Assembly: GCA_964016885.1 (NCBI GenBank)
Contig: OZ024740.1
Span: 1,860,001-1,924,000, forward strand
Source: Eledone cirrhosa
Lineage: Eukaryota
Direction: 5' to 3'
Length of the DNA stretch: 64,000 nucleotides
The position numbers and the translations under genes are program-made. Below the pieces are notes generated by a model. It had not been told where the DNA came from, did no database searches, and worked only from the letters and a program-made list of their open reading frames with translations. Each line of letters starts with the position of its first letter. Positions within the stretch are counted from its first letter, which is position 1. This document shows, piece by piece, positions 53,073 to 64,000 of this stretch.

Positions 53073-53980
53073 AGAATGTAAGGTTTAAGATAAGATCGCC
53101 GTATTTTGGGCATAATTTAACAATAAACGAAAATACAAGATTTGTTTTGTTTAAGAAAATACGATAGAGAAAATGCGGTGATAGGGGAAATATGATTTTT
53201 AGAGAAAAGATATGATATAGTGTGAAATTAGGGCATAGAAGTGATTGAATGAATGGGTTCGAATAGAGAGAAGAATCGAGAAAAATTTGAACGTTACTTT
53301 ATACCGAAGGGAACAGCCATCCCAGAAATAGCGAGTTGGCGATTTTGGTTAATTTTGGTAGGGTTTTATCTTATATGTATAGAGAGGGGGGGGGGGCAGG
53401 AACCAGCATGATGAATGGGTAGGGGGTAGAATATGGGATGGAGCAGAGGTTAAAAGTTTAAATAGGTACTCGAAGTTTTGCGTAAAACTTAGCGAGTTTA
53501 ACAAATTATATTGAAAGGAATATATAATAGTGATTTGTTTTGATATGAAAATACGACAGAATATGGAAATATGACAGAATGTAAGGTTTAAGAAAAGATC
53601 GCCGTATTTTGGGCATAATTTAACAATAAACGAAAATACAAGATTTGTTTTGTTTAAGAAAATACGATAGAGAAAATGCGGTGATAGGGGAAATATGATT
53701 TTTAGAGAAAATACGATATAGTGTGAAATTAGGACATAGAAGTGATTGAATGAATGGGTTCGATGAATGGGTTCGAATGGAGAGAAGAATCGAGAAAAAA
53801 TTGGGCATAATTTAACAATAAACGAAAATACAAGATTTGTTTTGTTTAAGAAAATACGATAGAGAAAATGCGGTGATAGGGGAAATATGATTTTTAGAGA
53901 AAATACGATATAGTCTGAAATTAGGACATAGAAGTGATTGAATGAATGGGTTCGAATGGAGAGAAGAATCGAGAAAATTT
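53073..53980. repeat. Three near-identical ~180-220-bp blocks upstream of the RTE ORF
   Basis: TTGGGCATAATTTAACAATAAACGAAAATACAAG...GAGAGAAGAATCGAGAAAA at ~53106-53285, ~53609-53800 and ~53801-53977. Confidence 0.9.
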
Positions 53981-53985
53981 TTTTT

Positions 53986-54016
<31 letters not shown>

Positions 54017-54124
54017 TGATGTATTCTTATTTGCTGTTGTGTTGTTTTATTTCCTAATTCATTTGTTTTTAATTAGGTTAAGTTCTTGTGAAATGACAAA
54101 TGTATTGCTTTGGTTTCTTGCCAA

Positions 54125-55354
54125 CACACACAGTCACATATAGTCACATATAGTGACATAGACACACACAGTCACATATAGTCACATATAGTGACATAGA
54201 CACACACAGTCACATATAGTGACATAGACACACACAGTCACATATAGTCACATATAGTGACATAGACACACACAGTCACATATAGTCACATATAGTGACA
54301 TAGACACACACAGGGACATATAGTGACATACACACACAGTCACATATAGTGACATATAGTGACATAGACACACACAGTGACATATAGTGACATAGACACA
54401 CACAGTGACATATAGTGACATATAGTGACATATAGTGACATAGACACACAGTGACATATAGTGACATATAGTGACATAGACACACACAGTGACATATAGT
54501 GACATAGACACACACAGTCACATATAGTGACATAGACACACACAGTCACATATAGTGACATAGACACACACAGTGACATATAGTGACATATAGTGACATA
54601 GACACACACAGTCACATATAGTCACATATAGTGACATAGACACACACAGGGACATATAGTGACATACACACACAGTCACATATAGTGACATATAGTGACA
54701 TAGACACACACAGTCACATATAGTGACATAGACACACACAGTCACATATAGTGACATAGACACACAGTCACACACAGTGACATAGACACACACAGTGACA
54801 TATAGTGACATATAGTGACATAGACACACACAGTGACATATAGTGACATAGACACACACAGTCACACACAGTGACATATAGTGACATAGACACACACAGT
54901 CACACACAGTGACATAGACACACGCAGTGACATATAGTGACATATAGTGACATAGACACACACAGTGACATATAGTGACATAGACACACACAGTCACATA
55001 TAGTGACATATAGTGACATAGACACACACAGTGACATATAGTGACATAGACACACACAGTCACATATAGTGACATATAGTGACATAGACACACACAGTCA
55101 CATATAGTGACATATAGTGACATAGACACACACAGTCACATATAGTGACATATAGTGACATAGACACACACAGTGACATATAGTGACATAGACACACACA
55201 GTCACATATAGTGACATAGACACACACAGTGACATATAGTGACATAGACACACACAGTAACATATAGTGACATATAGTGACATAGACACACACAGTCACA
55301 CACAGTGACATATAGTGACATAGACACACACAGTGACATATAGTGACATAGACA
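54125..55354. repeat. 10-bp-based composite satellite (GTSACATATA / GTGACATA / GACACACACA), left block
   Basis: Direct inspection. Confidence 0.95.
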
Positions 55355-58013
55355 TTTAGCAGTATTAGTTATAGATGTTATCGCCACTTTAGCGGGGTGG
55401 TAGAATCAGTGGTCGTTAGTTGCCAGTGTGGTAAATGATAGTATCCTCGTTGGATTATCTTGTTGACATAGACGTGAGGGAAGGTCCCTCGATCTATTTA
55501 CCATCTATTTACAATATTCCTTTCGTCAGGTCGCCAATTCCAGCAGCATGGATTAAAGATGTCATTGAGACACGAGTAACATAACGACTTCAACCGCAGT
55601 AATTAGAGATGAAATGTTTGTTTATTTATATGGTTGAAGTTACAGATAAAAAGAGGTTACAAAAGGGAATGTGCCATTGCGCCGTTAAGCCGGCGAGGCT
55701 AGTGGTGCAATATCTCACTGTTACATTATGCGTGTTGCTGGCTCGAAGTTTCTGGTACAAGAACGAGATTCTTCAAATCTTCGCGGGGAATTTCTTCCTC
55801 AGGGCGCGTAGGGATACATCCTCTTCTACTGGCGCTGATTGGCTGAACTGAGCCAAATCACGCACAGAGAATGTATGTGAGCCCGCGGAATGTAGGTCAC
55901 TACATCACCTCCAACCAGATTTTCAGCCGAAAATCGATAACGAAAAGACCAAGGATCCACATATTATTAAATCAGCAAGAACAAATGCTGAAAGAGCACA
56001 TCAGTGAAAAAATAATTGAGCAGAAGGTTGCATGCAAGAACAAAAAATGACGCGCTACGGGCCGTGTTGAGCCGCTGTGTCAAATGACCAGTTGTTTTGT
56101 TGTTTATACGTGACCGCCAAAGGTCTAACAAAAAACGGATAAAGTCTGACATGGGCGAGGTTGCTGTTCTTGCATTAAATGTTAATGGTAAGTGTTGTAC
56201 CAGTAGCTGTGAACGAAGCTATTATGGTAGTTTACCAGTGCTGGCGAGAAAATGATGGCCCCCAGATGTATTGTCGAATGTGCTGTGGAGCCAGGAAAAA
56301 ATGGCTGGTTGCTTTGTAAAGAACAAAAGGCAAGTTTAATCTGTAGGTGGGTTGCAGTGTAAATTCCATAATTCGAGCGAATCCACAGAAGTGGCTGAAA
56401 TATTGACAAGTCCAGTTCAATTTGTTGCTTTCCCAGCGAGTCGGGCAAAAACAACAAAACGGATGGCCGTCATGGACGATCAGTGTGCAACGAGATGCGA
56501 AGCTGTTTGAGTTCAGCGGCAATTAGTATTCTCGTGTTGCGGTGACTGTTTGAATCCAGTGGATTAAGCTCTGTGAGCTGCCAGCATCTCAACCAGGTGA
56601 AAAGGGACTCGCAGAATATTACGTTTGAAGAACATATACCAAGAACAACATGTTGGTGTGTGATAAAAAAAATGTGTGCATATGCAGGCATGTAAAACAG
56701 CAAAGAATGTGAATGAACAAAAACCATGAGCAAGCAAATAGCAAAAGAGCACAAAACAAGTAAATGCATTCTACAAAGAAATATGTGAATGTAACAAACT
56801 GATAATTCAAAGTCAATCTAGGGGAGCAGAGAAATTGCTCAATAAGTTCAAAGTTTTTCAAAGTCAAATAGTTCACACATCACCAGTGTACAGACACTAG
56901 TTCTGTCCGAAAACTGAAAAAGAAGTTTGTTAATGCCGTTAGGGGTTAGATGTATGGTGTTTTTGTGAGATTTCGTGGCCATTTTGTGTGGCATAAGGTT
57001 GTGTTGCTTATTGTTAAAGCAAAGTCAAAGAATCTTCTGTAGAGTAGGAGTCACCAAATATGGCAGTCACGTCTGACGCCATAATGGTGAGAAAACTACT
57101 GTCTCAATTTCTCGCGTCCCTGTGGTAACGAGACAGAAGGTATGGTGGTTGCGTCGGTAAAGTTACAAGCCGTTTTGAAATTTCCGATGTGTGGTGGTTG
57201 GCGTCGGTAAGGTTATGAAGCTGCCACTCATTGTTCCCTGTATTGGTCAGTGGTTAAACAACGCTGTCGCTGCTGCTGTCATTGTTGTTGTCAAGCGTAG
57301 CCATGACATGTCGGTAGCCATCTTGAAATTTTTTCGTGGCGAAAAAGTTTTTGAAATAAGGCTAATTTTTCAAAAATCTTAAAAGGAATATTCTGGATTT
57401 TCGCAAGTTGCGACGTGGCAATAAAAGTTAAACTGAATGAATAAGAAGGGCTGCGTGATATTCTTATGTCGGTCACCACTTTAGCAGTATTAGTTGTTGA
57501 TGCTATCGCCACTTTAGCAGGGTGGTAGAATCAGTGGTCGTTAGTTGCCAGTGTGGTAAATGATAGTATCCTCGTTGGATTATCTTGTTGACATAGACGT
57601 GAGGGAAGGTCCCTCGATCTATTTACCATCTATTTACAATATTCCTTTCGTCAGGTCGCCAATTCCAGCAGCATGGATTAAAGATGTCATTGAGACACGA
57701 GTAACATAACAACGACTTCAACCGCAGTAATTAGAGATGAAATGTTTGTTTATTTATATGGTTGAAGTTACAGATAAAAAGAGGTTACAAAAGGGAATGT
57801 GCCATTGCGCCGTTAAGCCGGCGAGGCTAGTGGTGCAATATCTCACTGTTACATTATGCGTGTTGGTGGCTCGAAGTTTCTGGTACAAGAACGAGATTCT
57901 TCAAATCTTCGCGGGGAATTTCTTCCTCAGGGCGCGTAGGGATACATCCTCTTCTACTGGCGCTGATTGGCTGAACTGAGCCAAATCACGCACAGAGAAT
58001 GTAGGTCACTACA
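55355..58013 (-). mobile_element. Non-autonomous Gypsy-like LTR element inserted in satellite; 3' LTR truncated
   Basis: Direct repeats 55355-55904 and 57480-58013 both begin TGTAGTG on the minus strand. PPT-like GGTTGGAGGTGA abuts the 3' LTR. PBS-like TGGCGTCAGACGTG at 57068-57081. Degenerate integrase C-terminal trace HGP*RVI near 56047-56067. Confidence 0.7.
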
Positions 58014-61000
58014 GAGACACAGAGTGACATATAGTGACATAGACACACACAGTCACATATAGTGACAGATAGTGACATAGACACACACAGTGACATATAG
58101 TGACATATAGTGACATAGACACACACAGTCACATATAGTGACATATAGTGACATAGACACACACAGTGACATATAGTGACATATAGTGACATAGACACAC
58201 ACAGTCACATATAGTGACATATAGTGACATAGACACACACAGTGACATATAGTGACATAGACACACACAGTCACATATAGTGACATATAGTGACATAGAC
58301 ACACACAGTGACATATAGTGACATAGACACACACTGACATATAGTGACATATAGTGACATACACACACAGTCACATATAGTGACATATAGTGACATAGAC
58401 ACACACAGTCACATATAGTGACATATAGTGACATAGACACACACAGTGACATATAGTGACATAGACACACAGTCACATATAGTGACATATAGTGACATAG
58501 ACACACACAGTGACATATAGTGACATAGACACACACAGTCACATATAGTGACATATAGTGACATAGACACACACAGTGACATATAGTGACATAGACACAC
58601 ACAGTCACATATAGTGACATATAGTGACATAGACACACACAGTGACATATAGTGACATAGACACATACAGTCACATAGACATATACAGTCACATATAGTG
58701 ACATAGATACATATAGTCACATATAGTCACATAGACATATACAGTCACATATAGTGACATAGATACATATAGTCACATATAGTCACATATAGTGACATAT
58801 AGTGACATAGACATATACAGTCACATAGACACATATAGTGACAGATACATACAGTCACATATAGTGATATAGACACATATAGTGACATAGACATATACAG
58901 TCACATAGATACATATAGTCACATATAGTGACATAGACATATACAGTCACATATAGTCACATAGATACATATAGTCACATATAGTGACATAGACATATAC
59001 AGTGACATATAGTCACATAGACATACACTCACATATAGTGACAGATACATACAGTCACATATAGTCACATAGACATATACAGTCACATGTAGTGACATAG
59101 ACACAGTCACATATAGTGACATAGACAGTCACATATAGTGACATAGACATATACAGTCACATATAGTGACATAGACACATATTCACATATAGTGACAGAC
59201 ATATACAGTCACATATAGTGACATAGACATATACAGTCACATATTGTGACATAGACATAGACAGTCACATATAGTCACATAGATACATACAGTCACATAT
59301 AGTGACATAGACATATACAGTCACATATAGTGACATAAACATAGACAGTCACATATAGTGACATAGACATATGGTCACATGTAGTGACAGACATATACAG
59401 TCACATATAGTGACATAGACACATACAGTGACATATAGTCACATATAGTGACATCGATACATAGTCACATATAGTGACATAGACACACATAGTCACATAT
59501 AGTGACATATACAGATACAGTCACATATAGTGACATATACAGATACAGTCACATATAGTGACATATACAGATAGTCACATATAGTGACATATACAGATAC
59601 AGTCACATATAGGGACATATACAGATAGTCACATATAGTGACATAGACAGATAGTCACATATAGTGACATATACAGATACAGTCACATATAGTGACATAG
59701 ACACATAGTCACATATAGTGACATAGACATATACAGTCACATATAGTGACATATACAGATAGTCACATATAGTGACATATACAGATACAGTCACATATAG
59801 TGACATATATAGATACATTCACATATAGTGACATAGCCATATACAGTCACATATAGTGACATAGACATATACAGTCACATATAGTGACATAGACAGATAC
59901 AGTCACATATAGTGACATAGACACATAGTCACATATAGTGACATATACAGATACAGTCACATATAGTGACATAGACATAGACAGTCACATATAGTGACAT
60001 AGACACAGTCACATATAGTGACATAGATATATACAGTCACATATAGTGACATAGACATAGACAGTCACATATAGTGACATAGACTTATACAGTCACATAT
60101 AGTGACATAGACGTAGTCACATATAGTGACATAGACATTTAGTGACAGAGATATAGAGTTTCATATAGTGACAGACATATAGTCACATATAGTGACATAG
60201 ACATATAGAGTCACATATAGTCACATATAAATAGATTCACATATAGTGACAGATACATAGTCACATATAGTGACATAGACATATACAGTCATGTAGTGAC
60301 ATAGACATATACAGTCAAATATACTCACATAGACATACAGTCACATATAGTGACATAGACATAGTCACATAGTGACATATACATACAGTCACATATAGTG
60401 ACATAGACATATACAGTCATGTAGTGACATAGACATATACAGTCACATATAGTGACATAGACATAGTCACATATAGTGACATAGACATAGTCACATAGTG
60501 ACATATACATACAGTCACATATAGTGACATAGACATATAGTCACATATAGTGACATAGACATATACAGTTACATATAGTGACATAGACATAGTCACATAT
60601 AGTGACAGACATATGGTCACATAGTGACATATACATACAGTCACATATAGTGACATAGACATACAGTCACATAGTGACATATACATACAGTCACATATAG
60701 TGACATAGACATATAGTCACATATAGTGACATAGACATATACAGTCACATATAGTGACATAGACATAGTCACATATAGTGACATAGACATTTGGTCACAT
60801 AGTGACATATACATACAGTCACATATAGTGACATAGACATACAGTCACATAGTGACATATACATACAGTCACATATAGTGACATAGACATACAGTCACAT
60901 ATTGTGACATAGACTTATACAGTCACATATAGTGACATAGACATATAGAGTCACATATAGTGACATAGACATATAGTCACATAGACATATAGAGTCACAT

Positions 61001-64000
61001 ATAGTGACATAGACATATACAGTCACATATAGTCACATAGACATATACAGTCACATATACTCACATATAGTGACATAGACATACACTCACATATAGTGAC
61101 AGACATATACAGTCACATATAGTGACATAGACAGTCACATACAGTGACATAGACAGATACAGTCACATATAGTGACATAGACATATACAGTCACATATAG
61201 TCAGACATATACAGTCACATATAGTCACATAGACATATAGAGTCACATATAGTGACATAGACATAGACAGTCACATATAGTGACATAGACATATAGTCAC
61301 ATATAGTGACATAGACATATAGAGTCACATAGTGACATAGACATACAGTCACATATAGTGACTTAGACATATACAGTCAAATATAGTGACATAGACATAC
61401 AGTCACATATAGTGACTTAGACATATACAGTCACATATAGTGACATAGACATATACAGTCACATATAGTCACATAGATACATATAGTGACATAGACATAT
61501 ACAGTCACATATAGTCACATAGACGTTAACAGTCACATATAGTGACATATACAGATACAGTCACATATAGTGACATAGACATAGTGACATAGACATAGTC
61601 ACATATAGTGACATAGACATAGACAGTCACATATAGTGACATAGACATATACAGTCACATATAGTGACATAGACATAGTCACATATAGTGACATAGACAT
61701 AGACAGTCACATATAGTGACATAGACATAGTCATATATAGTCACATAGACATATACATACAGTCACATATAGTGACATAGACATACAGTCACATAGTGAC
61801 ATATACATACAGTCACATATAGTGACATAGACATAGACATATAGTGACATAGACATATACAGTCACATATAGTGACATAGACATAGTCACATATAGTGAC
61901 ATAGACATATGGTCACATAGTGACATATACATACAGTCACATATAGTGACATAGACATACAGTCACATATAGTGACATAGACACATACAGTCACATATAT
62001 TGACATAGACATAGTCACATATAGTGACATAGACATACAGTCACATAGTGACATATACATACAGTCACATATAGTGACATAGACATAGAGTCACATATAG
62101 TGACATAGACATATAGTCACATATTGTCACATAGACATATAGTGACATAGACATATAGAGTCACATATAGTGATGTAGACATATAGTCACATAGACATAT
62201 ACAGTCACATATAGTCACATATAGTGCCATAGACATACACTCACATATAGTGACATAGACATATACAGTCACATATAGTGACATAGACAGTCACATACAG
62301 TGACATAGACAGATACAGTCACATATAGTGACATAGACACATAGTAACATATAGTGACATAGACATATACAGTCACATATAGTCACATAGACATATAGAG
62401 TCACATATAGTGACATAGACATAGACAGTCACATATAGTGACATAGACATATAGTCACATATAGTGACATAGACATATAGAGTCACAGTGACATAGACAT
62501 ACAGTCACATATAGTGACTTAGACATATACAGTCAAATATAGTGACATAGACATATACAGTCACATATAGTGACATAGACATATAGAGTCACATATAGTG
62601 ACATAGACATATAGTCACATATAGTCACATAGACATATACAGTCACATATAGTCACATATAGTGCCATAGACATACACTCACATATAGTGACATAGACAT
62701 ATACAGTGACATAGACAGTCACATACAGTGACATAGACAGATACAGTCACATATAGTGACATAGACACATAGTAACATATAGTGACATAGACATATACAG
62801 TCACATATAGTCACATAGACATATAGAGTCACATATAGTGACATAGACATAGACAGTCACATATAGTGACATAGACATAGACAGTCACATATAGTCACAT
62901 ATAGTGACATAGACATATAGTCACATATAGTGACATAGACATATAGAGTCACATATAGTGACATAGACTTACAGTCACATATAGTGACTTAGACATATAC
63001 AGTCACATATAGTGACATAGACATATAGTCACATATAGTGACATAGACATATAGTCACATATAGTCACATAGACATAGACAGTCACATATAGTGACATAG
63101 ACATATAGTGACATAGACATATAGAGTCATATAGTGACATAGACTTATAGTCACATATAGTGACTTAGACATATACAGTCACATATAGTCACATCGATAC
63201 ATATAGTGACATAGACATATACAGTCACATATAGTGACATAGACATATACAGTCACATATAGTGACATATACAGATACAGTCACATATAGTGACATAGAC
63301 ATATGGTCACATATAGTGACATAGACATAGTCACATATAGTGACATAGACATAGACAGTCACATATAGTGACATAGACATAGACAGTCACATATAGTCAC
63401 ATAGACATACAGTCACATATAGTGACATAGACATATAGAGTCACATATAGTGACATAGACATATACAGTCACATATAGTCACATAGACATATAGAGTCAC
63501 ATATAGTGACATAGACATATTCAGTCACATATAGTCACATAGACATACACTCACATATAGTGACATAGACATATAGTCACATATAGTGACATAGACATAC
63601 AGTCACATGTAGTGACATAGACATATACAGTCACATATAGTGACATAGACATAGTCACATATAGTGACATAGACATATACAGTCAAATACAGTCACATAT
63701 AGTGACATAGACATATACAGTCACATATAGTGACATAGATATATAGAGTCACATATAGTGACATAGACATATAGTCACATATAGTGACATAAACATATAG
63801 TCACATATAGTGACTTAGACATATACAGTTACATATAGTCACATCGACACAGTCACATATAGTGACATAGACATACAGTCACATAAAGTGACATCGACAC
63901 AGTCACATATAGTGACATAGATGTATAGATTCACATATAGTGACATAGACATATACAGTCACATATAGTCACATAGACGTATAGTCACATATAGTGACAT
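58014..64000. repeat. 10-bp-based composite satellite, right block (runs off window end)
   Basis: GTCACATATA GTGACATA GACATATACA units that grow more divergent rightwards. Confidence 0.95.

Larger units (their letters stand above)
49203..53980 (-). mobile_element. Near-full-length RTE-clade LINE with (GAT)n tail and repeat-containing putative 5' UTR
   Basis: Single EN-RT coding region, 3' UTR ending in (GAT)n at 49203-49226, and upstream region with ~200-bp repeats. The 5' boundary is uncertain. Confidence 0.9.

Noticed and set aside
55609-57979. Duplicated 80-aa ORF (55609..55851 and 57737..57979) as a gene pair
   Set aside because: Both lie inside the LTR copies, antisense to the element, with no recognisable domain.

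Overview
Eukaryotic, repeat-dense genomic DNA. The SINE families and microsatellite load resemble a coleoid cephalopod such as Octopus (inference). Only one convincing host exon is visible: a 135-nt, AG/GT-bounded exon at 45611-45745 (+) of an OSBP-related gene (ORP1/ORP2, OSBPL1A-like), so most of the window is probably giant intron. The rest comprises: a ~29-kb 50/43-bp satellite (2551-31740) with higher-order structure; a degraded near-full-length Tx1/L1-clade LINE (-); a near-intact RTE-clade LINE (-) with a PHD-type zinc finger inside its RT and only one homopolymer frameshift; a non-autonomous Gypsy-like LTR element (-) inside a 10-bp-based satellite; a Penelope-type hammerhead ribozyme (-); SINE fragments, some sharing the RTE 3' tail; and several perfect palindromes at retroelement truncation junctions. 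There is no CRISPR array, rRNA or true tRNA gene. Family assignments come from recognised motifs, not database searches.
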